A stretch of DNA of 61,257 nucleotides, counting the filler, from Hausera hauseri (lineage: Eukaryota), in NCBI GenBank assembly GCA_046269625.1. It is 9 parts of 9 records of this genome, joined end to end, with 100 filler letters (N's around TTAATTAATTAA, not from the genome) between each part and the next. Parts side by side here need not be neighbours in the genome. Positions count along the whole stretch, not along the records: positions 1 to 14,908 come from JBJURY010499907.1; 8 more parts are not named here. The stretch is one strand, 5' to 3'. Below are positions 1 through 11,421 of the stretch, in pieces. Below the pieces are notes generated by a model. That model was not told the origin of the DNA. It saw only the letters and a list, made by a program, of their open reading frames with translations, and did no database searches. Within the stretch, counting starts at the first letter, position 1, and every line of letters starts with the position of its first letter. Position numbers and translations under genes: made by a program.

Positions 1-227
1 TGTTAAAATATATTTTTAAAAATTTACAAAACTAAACAGCCTACAGTATTTTTACAGTCTTTATTTTACAGTTAAAATAAATGTTTATCAAATAAAGTCT
101 AATGTTACAACTAGTCAGGGATCCCTTTAAAAACACCCAAAAACAGCCTGTCTCAGCCATAACTCATGATAAAAACTCTGAACTGATTTCCTCCCCCCGC
201 AGCGCCCTGCTCGTCTTCACTGTCCCC

Positions 228-258
<31 letters not shown>

Positions 259-2862
259 TCTTCTATCCTCATGGGGACTTTGCCTTGACTTTCATTCATT
301 TACTGGTATTTTCTATTACTGACCCTAAACCAGCCTAAACTTTATTTAGGATGTGAACTGGCCTTATGTCCCCATAAGAACCAGCAGGTCCTCACCAGGA
401 TGTGTAATTCACTTCATCTGTAAAGAGATGCTGCTCTTTAATATTGTTTATTTACTGTTTCAGTTGTGTGTAGTGTTTACCGGTAAGTATTTTTAGCCTG
501 ATGCTATTATAACAGCTTCATGGCTGTGGGGATTTTATTAATATGATGTCGAAGTTGTTGAGCCTACCTGGCTCCAAATACAAGAAACAGGATTCTAGGC
601 TTTCCCAGGTAGAGAGAAGACACTGGGGAACCTGGGAAAAAAAATATTTACTGAAATAAGCTGAAAGAATGCCAGAATTCTGTCAGCACAAGAGTTATAA
701 CCAAGTAAAAGAACAAGATATGAACTGGAGAGAATGTGATTCTCAAACTGAGCCATCTGAACGTCCTTTTTAAAATCCACACTTTTCTCCAATATGTCAG
801 GAACTAGTTTTACTTTCCATCTTTGTCTGTGTAGCTGGAAACTATAACATTACAGAGACTTCCACAATTAATGATTTTGTAGATCAATCCGCCTCTATCC
901 ACTCTTTTCCTCTTCACACACACAGAGGGAGGAGCAGCAGTGTATCGATATCAGGACAAAAGCAATGAAAGCAGCTTGTTGGGTCCAATAGCTCTGGTAA
1001 CAGGTCTAATTGGATCTGTGTCAGGTTCTCACTGCAGGTACATCCACCACTGCAGGCAGCAGGATGGAAATCAATACGTCCTTTCTGCATCCATGAACAC
1101 GTTCATTTTCATTGAACGTGTGTGAAGCGTGATGGAGCTGATGTGAATTAATGTGTGAGCAGGTTAATAAAGGTCACGGCGGAAACCTGTTCAGACGTGA
1201 GCGTGTGTAGGAATATACATTAAAGTCCACCAAATAACCTAATTTAGTCTTCACACTTGGCTATAAAAAGCTTTTAATTCCAATACTCTGCCTATTGGTC
1301 ATTAAAAACAAAGATCTGTGCATTGTACCTTCACATGAGTCCTGAATCTGTCCCAGCTTAGGAGTGTGGAGGCTCAGCAACCTCAAGATGGAAGATGGTC
1401 TGAATGATGAGTCGTCATTTTCTCCTTTAATCAGAGCATCCCGTGGACAGCCGGAGGTGGGATCTGAGCTGGATGGTGTTGGTGGAGGACTCATTATCTC
1501 ACTTTTCTTTATAAAGAATATGAAATGGAATGTAGTTTTTAGTGTTAAAGTGAAGTTCTTTACAAAGACTCAAACACAAATTATGTACAAATATATATAT
1601 ATTTTACTTTAAGTCCTTCTTTGCTGTGCGGTGGGGTTTCTTGGATCAGATCTGGAGGTGCAAGAGGGGTCGAGGTTGGAATTGTCGGAGGCGATTCATT
1701 AGTTGAAGCTTTACTCTGCTCACAGCTGAGGGTTTGCTTATCTGCTTGAGTAATGAAGGGGTTGGAATCCATACCCTGATAAATACATGTTAGTTTTTAT
1801 TTGTTACAATCTATTTATTTACAAGATCAAGCTATTTAAATTAGAACAAAATGATTAAAAACACAAGAACTCCTTTTTTGTATTCTTTCATTTTTCATTC
1901 TCAATCCTTAGATAGCAGCTAATCCTGATGATGAAGCCTAATTTAAATAAGTTAAAGAGTTGGTTAAAACACACCTGAGTGTCCGTCTTCACAGTCCTGT
2001 TTGTCCCTTATTATCCAGTGGTGTCCATCGTCGCCCTCTGCTGCCTCCAGGTGGAACGTGTCACTCAGTGCATCAACGAGCTCAGTGACGCTGACAAAAC
2101 CGCTCTCCAAGTAAGGCAAGTCTTCTCCAAACAGTTTCTGAAGGGGAGGGTGACACCGCAACATTCAGGAAGATTCACTGTTTTGTCTCTTAGAATGAAT
2201 TTATATCTACTGAAGAGCATCTTAAAGAAATCATCCTCAACAGAAAGGTTTACTCAAACAGTTTAGTTCTACACTAAACATAAAGCTTTAATTTGAAACA
2301 AATCTGCTTCAAGACAAAGAAAATGAACAGGACAGCTAGTTCAACAGGATTAAAGGACTGCTGGGTCCATTTCTCCATTTGTTTACAACTTGCATCTAAA
2401 ATTCATAACATTTGCCATAGCTGTAAAAATCCAAGGACTATTTCCTGCGTCACTAAGTTTTGTCTTAAATTTTCGAGTGAGCAGCACGTGAATGTCTTAT
2501 TTTCTTTACCTTATACTCAGTAGGAAGCTCATGAACTGATAATCCACCACTCGACTGGCTGACGACCTGCAGAGCGTTTAGGACATAAGTAGAATTTCAG
2601 AGGCGCACATTCATGAAACAAACTACCAGCATATATCAGAGACAGTGAAAACTATGCATCTTCTCTTGTTTTTATCTGTTATTTTTCTTTTAAATGTTTT
2701 TTTTTCTTGTACTGTGTTTTGTCCTGCAAATTGAATAGTGTGGTGTTGTTTTTTGTGCTTACTTGTGTTAAAAAGGATAAAATTAGGCTATTGTGGTAAT
2801 TCCTGCTTATTTACATGGCCATGAATTGTGGTAATGTTGATTACCGTGCATTGTCCTAATTA

Positions 2863-5358
2863 CAGGGTTCCCACACCTTGGTCAACATCAAATTCAAGGA
2901 CCTCTCAAGGACTTTCCAGTACCAATGTCCTCAAATTAAAGAACCACCCACAACGGCAATTACATACTGCTACAGCAGAATGTAACCAATAAACAGTTTT
3001 AATATCATGTAAATTCAATGAAAAACTGAACAGCATAGAAGTTGTTGAGAATCAATGAAATAAGGTGGATTAAATTTATACGCTACATTTGTATCCACAA
3101 TTCATGGAGATGTAATTATGCAATTCACCAATACACTTTTGAGAAGATCAGAAGAACAGCACATGATTCATGTGCTGTTACACACACATTAACTACACAC
3201 AGGAAACAACAACAATGCAGTGCCAAACAAACAAAAAACAACTAACCATTGACAGAAGTCATCGTCCATGTGAACCGATCTGTTGCCTGATTTTTTTCTA
3301 AACCTAATGATAATACAGAAACATCCCATCACTGCCCCGTCTCCCCCTCTAAGAGCATTTTCCATCATTTACCAGAAGATTTCAGGTGGTCCACCTTGTG
3401 AATTTTACAAAATCTCACAGACAGTTCTACATTCACGTACAAACTGTACAGAAAATGGCCAAAAAACCATGGTCTACTTCTGCACAGAGCCTGTGTGACA
3501 GAAACCATTCAGAGACATGATTAATGAGATCAAATACAAGCTCTGAGAACTGATAACATGTCTGATATTACTTATACAGTATATTAAAATACTTTGATAA
3601 CAGCATCACTACTATAAAAAGACAACTTCATCCACAGAACCAATTTCACTAAACATAACTTTATTTGTAGTTTACTTTATTGATGTAAGTAAATAATGAA
3701 TTAATCTAAAGTTGACTGATCTTATCGATCGACTAACGAATATTAATAAGTATCCTTTTTCTTAAAAACATAGGTTCTCTTTTTCCAAGGAGATCTTTCC
3801 AAAACATGGAGATCATTTTTATTAGCATGTTGAAAAGAAGCATAACGCTATATTTCACCAAGTTATTGTATCAGCTGTGTTAAATTCTGAATAAACTAAA
3901 ACAATGTAGATTTCTCACACATCATTAAACTTGGTATATTTATAAAATATAAAAAATAGAAATCTATTAGGCTGCTGAATGGGGGAAATTTTTTTAAAAG
4001 AATAAAATATGTGAAACACTTAAATCCACCATGAACAGTGATATTACACTATTGTTAATGAATTATTTTCAGAATGTATTTACATTTAAAATTGATTAAA
4101 ACTAACACTTGTTTGTTCACACTCTGTTACAACAGCTCACCTGTTCCCCTCATCATCACTACTGGATCCTGGCTCTGCTAAAAATCACTTATTTAAATAA
4201 TGCTCTCCACAAATCTCCCTTTTTATAAAGCCTTCTGATCATCAGCTCAGTTACAGAAATGCATTAAAACATCTCAGAGCACTTATATAAAGCAGGTCTT
4301 CTACATCACACTCTTAATTATATTAACTGTAATAATGTTCAGTCAATGAGGGGTCCTACCTGCACACTGTGGACTCTGGAGCAGGATGGTTCTGTATCTT
4401 GGTTCTGACTCTGAGAAGCTACAAGACAGTTTCCCAGTTATGTGATGTCGCATCATTTATATTGTATAACGTTATGTTATTTGCCACAAGGCCAACTATC
4501 TTGAATGGTGATTTGCAGACACGGTTCAACACGCTGCCTTAGCTGTTTTACCAACCTCAAACCACGACCTCCTTTTACAGAAAAAGTTGCTAATTTAGCA
4601 CATTTAACTGCGTCAGTTTCCAGAGTTTTCCTCTTATTAATTCTAACTTTCTCTGCGCCACGCTCGCTTCTTCCATCTTTCAAACACGACTGAACGCTTG
4701 TGCTAACGTGTTACGTCAGAGCGCAAAACAACAACAAAGAAAAATAAATTTAAAAAAACACGAGCGCTCCCAGCTGGAGGTGGAGGCAGCCCTGGGGACT
4801 ATGGCAGGCCACTGTATCATATAATTGCCCGGCAGAACAGGGACAGCAGTAGCAGTGATCTGATCAATAACTAACACTTTACCGGTTCTTTCGGGCCAAA
4901 TATCAGACCGACCCACCACGCCGGGCCTGAGTTCAGCAGCTCAGTGAAGGAGGAGGGGATGTAAACACATCCAGACACTGCTGCTTGGTGAGGACAGGAG
5001 AAGCTGTTGTACTCATGGTACTTTAACCTGGGCTCAGAAAGAAAGACCCGCCCTACTCTGCTCTGATTGGGTAAAACTATGATTATGGCTCACATTATTC
5101 ATTGAAAGCCACGTCAGTTTACCATAATCCTGAGTTTTCCACCGCAACATGAAGTTTTTATTTTATTTTATTTTATTATTTAAAGATGATGAAAATCAGT
5201 CACTTGAATAGAGAACTTCAATCCCCCCCCAAAAAACTTTCAAGTACTTTCAAGGACAAGTGTAATTTTTGGCTGTTTTCACAAACTTTCAAGGGCCTTG
5301 AAACAATTTTTTCAAATTCACAAACTTTCAAGGATTTCAAGGACCCGTGGGAACCCTG
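2863..5358. mobile_element. Non-autonomous DNA transposon in a tdrd5 intron, 12-bp TIR and 6-bp TSD
   Basis: CAGGGTTCCCAC at 2863 and GTGGGAACCCTG ending 5358, flanked on both sides by TAATTA. Subterminal TTCAAGGA repeats at both ends. No transposase ORF. Confidence 0.85.
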
Positions 5359-7876
5359 TAATTAAATAAGTAAGTAAATAAATTTGCCACAGTGAGAATA
5401 CTAAATATGGCAATAATGATTGATTTGTTCATACTTGCCAACATATTTACATGCACTTTTATAATCTTTGAAAAGTATCTATTAAAAAGAAAAAAATGGA
5501 ATCTGCATTCTACAGATTGTATATGTTCATGTTTTTAAAATGGTTTCCTGTCTGAAGGGTTTCCCCATTCGTTAAGCTGCTTTTGTCATAGTTTTGGTTC
5601 AACAGGCGGACGTGACAGACCGACAGGAAGCTAAATAAATTACAACAGCTGATTTATCCTCCCCTTCACCCGACTCATTTGCAGCTTTTGCTGCTGTATA
5701 TAAATGAACCGTAATAGCAGGTACACTTGGGAGACAGACGTACAGTCTGCGTGCCAAAACCTGCTGCTTGTCGTTGCGCTTGAACGACCAAAAAAAAGCC
5801 CCAGGAAATATGCTCAGGAACTAGTGTGAAGCCTGAGCTTTCGCAGCTTGTCCTTCAGCTCATGATTAATGGTGCCAGCAACACCGTTCTCCAGGATCTG
5901 TTGACGACGCTCCTCTTCAAGCTGACACGAAAGCAGGAAAAGGATAAAATAGACTAAGGCAATTCAGATGATTAACGCCGTTTTTATATTTATATTTTCA
6001 TATGTTAGGAGGACTCTAGTTTTATGATATTCTGAGTGTTAAAAAAACAACTTAATCATCCCTGTATACCAGGAAAACTACTGATATTTCAGGTGCATTA
6101 GTTCAGATTTCATTTAAATGAAAACAGACCTTGTGTATGAGTTTGTCAAGGTGCTCATCCTCTTGGCTGACCACTGGTTTGGTTTCATGGAACTTTTCGT
6201 CTGTTTCTGGTTTGCTACTGACATTTGGCTCTTGTTGAACAGGGTTAAGACTCGTCTCAGATGGCTGAATCACAGGACTCTCTTTCACTAGAACTTCAGC
6301 TAAACAAGACATACAAGTTGAATATGTGCAATAAAACAACAATAACTGAATTTAGTGGCCATGTAATTTAACAAACCTGAAAGTTTTGTTGGTTCAGGAT
6401 TAGAAACCTGCCTGTTACGGGAAAGAAAAGCTGGTTTCATCGGTTCAGTCTTCTTTATTATGTTGGATGGTCTCATCAACGGCCTCGGTATCACATGTTC
6501 TCTCAGTTTCAGAATTGAGCCCAGATTGCTCTGTTGGATTAGAATCATGTCCCTTGCTGCTTCCAGCATCTCCCTAGTAGAGTAAAATCCATAGTCGTAG
6601 ACCCGCAGGGAGTAGCCAAAGCAGCGCTGGTAACAGCTCTCTAGATCGGTTAACCTTATTGGACCCTGAGAGAACAGTGGCAAAATTACAGCTAACATAC
6701 AATTTTGTTCCTAATTTTCTTGTTTCATAGACAAAAAATAATAATTCAAGCAGCATGGGTAAAATCATGTGTAGCAGTCATAACTCTGAAATATACACGA
6801 CAGTAAATGTACTCTGTTGGTTCTGAGTCATACCTGGGAGAGCAGCAGGGGCAGCTGCATCCTCAGATGCACAGGGAGGGGTGGAGGAGCTGGACCACTT
6901 CGAGCGAAGATCACAGGGTTGAACCCATGAAGATAACGAGGAGAGAAATGGTTAAAACGCTGCTGCTTTAACTGGTCAGTCTTAGACATCCGCTGCTTGG
7001 CCACTAGCTCTTCGATGTTTCGAGTTGTCTTGTTACTCACGGCTGGTAAGGACGTGAAACATTAAAACACTGTTAAAAAGTAAGAATCAGAAATTAAAGC
7101 CCTGACACGAATGAAGAATGTTAATTGTTACAAGCATCTGCAGTTGGAGTTGAATTTAAACGTTTCAAGGGGAGTCAATGCAAAAAGATGCTGAACTAGT
7201 AAGAAAAATGTTGCTTCTGATATTTTTCCTTCAGTTATTTCTTTAAAGATAAGCAGGCAAGGACAGAGTGGGTAATCGGGAGAGTCGGGAGGATTCCCGA
7301 TGGGCCACATCATTAATGGGCCCGTCCGCACGGGGGAAGAGAAGCGGCTGGGTCACACTGCTCATTATTGATTAAAAATGAACAGAAAGAGACCACCTGG
7401 GGCTGAAAATATCAGGTCGAAGAAAAAAAGGCATTACTGGAGGAAGGCTTCAGTTTAATATTCTTTCTGTATTCGTTAGGTTATGTCTGTCCAGAAAATG
7501 TCATTTGTAACATTAACTTGACAAAAAATGCCGCTCAGGTTGAACCAAGTTCTGAATTTTGGCCCCTTGTTTAGCTGAGTTTGACTGTCCTGCTGTAGGT
7601 TCTTGTGTTAGAGGAAGTTGTTTTAATTTTTGTTTACTCAAATGTTAAAATGTTCAATTGGGCCTTTTTTTTACAAAATCATAGTTATGTGTTTTTTTAA
7701 ATAATTATTCCTTATTATTTCTAATCATTTACCATATTTCAATACAAAAATATTACTTCCTAGTGCTACATTTTTGCCTAATTTTTTATATGTAGAAAAC
7801 CTGGGCCAGTCTTGACCATTAAACTCCCGGGATGAAAAAGTTTCCCCACTCCGCCCCTGTAAGCAGAAAACATTAC

Positions 7877-8105
7877 CTTTTAAGTAGGGGCTTCCATCTG
7901 CCCAGTAGTTAACAGAAACTGCATCAGGCATCTCTTTAACCATGTCCATTATGTTCCTGAAGCCCAAGACTTTGAGGGGCATCGGATGACCCAACATGTT
8001 GAAATAAACCTGCTGGAGCTGATCTGGATCAAAACCCAACTTGCAGGATGAGAGCAGAGAGCAAACATCCTTCTTCAGCTTTGCCAAAATATCTTCCTGG
8101 CTCAT
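7877..8105 (-). CDS. tdrd5: tdrd5 first coding exon, N-terminal LOTUS domain
   Basis: [49 protein letters not shown] matches the TDRD5/TDRD7 LOTUS pattern. Acceptor cag precedes 8120; donor AAG|GTAATG follows 7877. Confidence 0.92.
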
Positions 8106-8386
8106 CTTGACTGCTTGGATCTGAATGAAACAAACAAAAATGTGAAATGTTTTGCATAACCATAAACTCTCCAAAAGTTCGATGGTATTAAAAATTTATG
8201 TGCGTCAATCAGGAATCAAAAGACTCCTAAAATCAATACATAAACCTGTATTGTGTCAACACGTAACAGACAATATAGCAAGAAACAATTTTAAACTATG
8301 TGGATAAAATTAAAAGTGGAAAAAAGTCCAAAGAAAAAAAATCAAGCAATAACCTGAAGAACAAAACCACTTTTGATTATAATTAA

Positions 8387-9214
8387 CCCTTTCATGCATG
8401 AATTATGAAAACATCGGACAGAATTTTTTCTAAAGTGTTTTTATGTTTCTTAGGGCATAAAAAAGAGTGTGAAAAAATTTTGTAAAAATTGTGTTTATTC
8501 ACAAAGTTTTGCAAATGTCCACTCAGGTGGACAGCATACGCTTTGAGACTTTAATTTAATCTAATACTGTATGCTATAATGTAAACATATTTTGAAATAT
8601 TTTGATACTGCTTAAATGAATTCAACTCTCTTTTTAGCTTTCACTACTGTCTCATCCCTTGCTTTACTCCATCTAATCCAACCCCTTGATCTCGTGTTTA
8701 TTTGTTTTGTCTTATTCAAACTTTTAATTTAATTTCAACTATATATTATTTTAGTGGACATGTTGTATTGTACTATAATAGCAGTACTGCACATGACACT
8801 TCAAGACTTTGCCCTAACTAGTGCTTTAGGGTAACTGTGCCCACCACTGCCCCTAACTCTAACCCTAAACAAATATAAGCAGTTTATTTTCAGTCCAAAT
8901 ACTTGCTGCAGATGGTGCATATCACAGAATAATCAGAGCAATAGTATAAATTACTGTTGCAATACCGTCACTGATGCATGACGTCCAATTTAGTGGAAAG
9001 GTGATTAATTGCCCCCATTGCCAAGCTGCTTGACATGCTTTGATATCTGTCGACCATCTTTGAGTAAAAAAGTGTTGCACTTGCAGTGGATGGTCAGTAG
9101 TGGGAAGTGTATGATGTGTTGGTGTCCACTTTAGTGGACTAGGAGCAGTTCTAACATAAAAAACTATACACACATACAGGAAAATGACTTAGTGACCGCT
9201 AAGCAATGAAAGGG
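8387..9214. mobile_element. piggyBac-like non-autonomous element
   Basis: TTAA-CCCTTTCATGC at the left end and GCAATGAAAGGG-CTAA at the right end (imperfect TIR, degenerate TTAA). Confidence 0.55.
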
Positions 9215-9289
9215 CTAAGTAGCTATGTAGTTAGCATTACATTTCTTTTTATTTTATTATTATTTTTACAAATTTGAACACGATTTACC

Positions 9290-9720
9290 TAACTTACTCG
9301 TGTTTCAGCATTAGCAAGTTAGCAATGTTAATTTAAAAACTGTAAAAGAAAATAAAACATGTCTGAGTACTCACTGGACTGGTAAGCTAGTAGATGCTAG
9401 CTCCATCCGTCTTTTCAGAAGAAAAAGATTGGCAGCTGCTTTTTATTTTAAAGAAAGTAATTTAATTATTCTTTCCCCGGTTATGATCCTGAACGCCAAA
9501 ATGAAGATTTTACGAGTTATTTTTTTATGTTTTCCGCATCCTCCCACGATGTCCGCAGCTTTTGCTAGGTGAACAATTCCTCTACACCTGTCGACGCTAG
9601 CTGACCGCGATGGCGCCACGTTCTTCTTCTTCTTCTTTTCTATTATGGCGGATTGCAAGCAACCTACTGAATACCGCCACCTACTGTACACGAGTGTGTA
9701 GCAACATTTCCTCACATCTT
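9290..9720 (-). promoter_or_regulatory. Probable promoter and non-coding first exon region of tdrd5
   Basis: Minus-strand donor-like GTGAGTAC near 9367-9374, GCTA/TAGC-rich teleost-type first-intron sequence, and local CpG enrichment at 9540-9700. Confidence 0.45.
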
Positions 9721-10032
9721 TTAAATTCTATTTATTACTCTTGTATTTTGAAGAAAAATAATTAATGCTTTTCTTAATCTATAAATATCCACTATGTTTC
9801 CTTCATTTCCTAATATTATGTCGCCACGTTGTTCAACCACAGTTGTTTTAACCTCTTTCGACAAATTTGTGTGCAAATACATCAAAGATTGTATTTTATC
9901 GCAAGAGCTCTCACTCCTCACATGCTGCGTGTAAAACAATTTGTCCAAGAGTAAGATGTCCCACTCTGACCGGAATTTAAAGACCAACCATCCAGCATTT
10001 ACTTAAACTAAAACTAGTTTTAACTTAAAACT

Positions 10033-11421
10033 TCAGTCTTTTAACAAAAAGCAAAAGGGGACTCCTGTTGTGTTGGGGGTACTCCGAGAGTACGTGGTAC
10101 CAGGCACATTGATACGGGCTATTAGGTCCCTGTAGGACCGGTGCCACAGCTTGGTCCACATTGGTGGTAGTAAGTTGGACTTTTTCTGGTGAGTTGGACT
10201 CCGCCAAGGTTTCTCTTTGTCACAGATTCTGTTCATAACTTTGATGGAGAGAATTTCTAGGTGGAGACAAGGTGTTGAGGAGATCTGTTTTGAAGACCTC
10301 AGATCGAGACAGAGACCAATGTCAAGGCGTTTAGAAACTAACACAATGAGAAGTCAAGTTTGTTTTTGGTTTAAACATAAAAGCAGCATTTTAATAACTG
10401 AAGGTAACACAGTGACTTTATTATGGTATAGAATTTAAATATATGGCTGAGGAATACATAATATTGGTCCTTTAAAAAAGAAAATATAATTATTACACCT
10501 TCATAAGTCCTAACATGTTTATTGATTCATTCAGATTCTAGTAAATCATACAACCCTGATTCAAATGGAGTTGGGACATTGTGTAAAAAGACTGGAGCAT
10601 CTTTAACTCAAGACCATTTGTTGTCTTGTATATTTTTTCCTGCTCGTCAGAGAGCAACTGGTAAATATTTCTCCACACAAACATTATACTTTAAAACAGG
10701 AAGACTTTTTAAAAGTGCTATATTTAGTTATTGATTGACAAACATTGGGGTCTTGTTTCAGGTTGTTTTGAATCTCTTTATTGCATTTTTTCTGCTTGTC
10801 TAATAGCCTTCGTTACACAACAAACTGTGCTTCATCTTTTCCACAGTCAAAAAGCTTTGCATTAAATAACTGGAGCTACTTTTCTGTTGGAAATGCAAAA
10901 CAAACAAAAACAAACAAACAAACACAAAAATAAAGCAGTTAGCCCAAACATACTAACAGTAAAATAAGGAGACAAGATGTGTGCAGTCTAAAGGTGAAAT
11001 TATCGCCTCCATTTGTTAAGTTTAAATGGGTTTCTAAACTCAGATCTTGTCAGAAAACAAAGGTTGCTGCATCTTTCGTTGAAACCTCCGAGTCTTCTTC
11101 AGTTTGAGCAAAAAAAATAAAAAAGCGGTTCTGATTCTCTTTGGCACGACTCAGATTTTCTTGCTGGTTTCTAGAACAGGAGAGAAAAGGGAGAATCTAA
11201 TTTAAAAACTAGATCATACCTATCAGGTAAAAGTTATAAAAAAAAACATTAATAAAAATGTTACTAACCTGTAAATTCAGTGATTGCAACTTGGCTGCTG
11301 CAGCCGTTGTAGCTAAACGGGGCTGTTTGGAACGGAGTGAAGTAGAGTGAAGTAAGAACTTTCTTCCATCCATGAGAGCTGTCTGTGGCTCACTGCAGGC
11401 TGTGGAACGCTCACGTCTCAT
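10033..11421 (-). pseudogene. Unidentified degenerate multi-exon gene upstream of tdrd5, same strand
   Basis: Exon-like blocks 11421-11269 (CAG|GTTAGT), from 11170 (ttctag|), ~10880-10740 and ~10330-10033. Stops or frameshifts appear in the middle blocks. Confidence 0.35.

Larger units (their letters stand above)
1329..8105 (-). pseudogene. tdrd5: tdrd5-like multi-exon gene (LOTUS/OST-HTH x3), apparently disrupted and lacking the Tudor exons
   Basis: Exons read by hand: 8105(ATG)-7877 [18 protein letters not shown] (LOTUS1); 7042-6834; 6665-6377 [17 protein letters not shown] (LOTUS2); 6299-6130; 5921-5838 LEEERRQQILENGVAG; 2566-2510 VVSQSSGGLSVHELPTEYK; 2137-1975 KLFGEDLP..GFVSVTELV (LOTUS3); then low-complexity exons 1775-1608 and ~1500-1329. 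Phases are consistent through LOTUS3, with GT/AG ends except the donor at 5837. The tdrd5 identity is well supported; pseudogene status is an inference. Confidence 0.8.

Noticed and set aside
226-254. (CA)n and other microsatellites (also ~26385, ~26640, ~32235, ~58968)
   Set aside because: Ordinary simple repeats.
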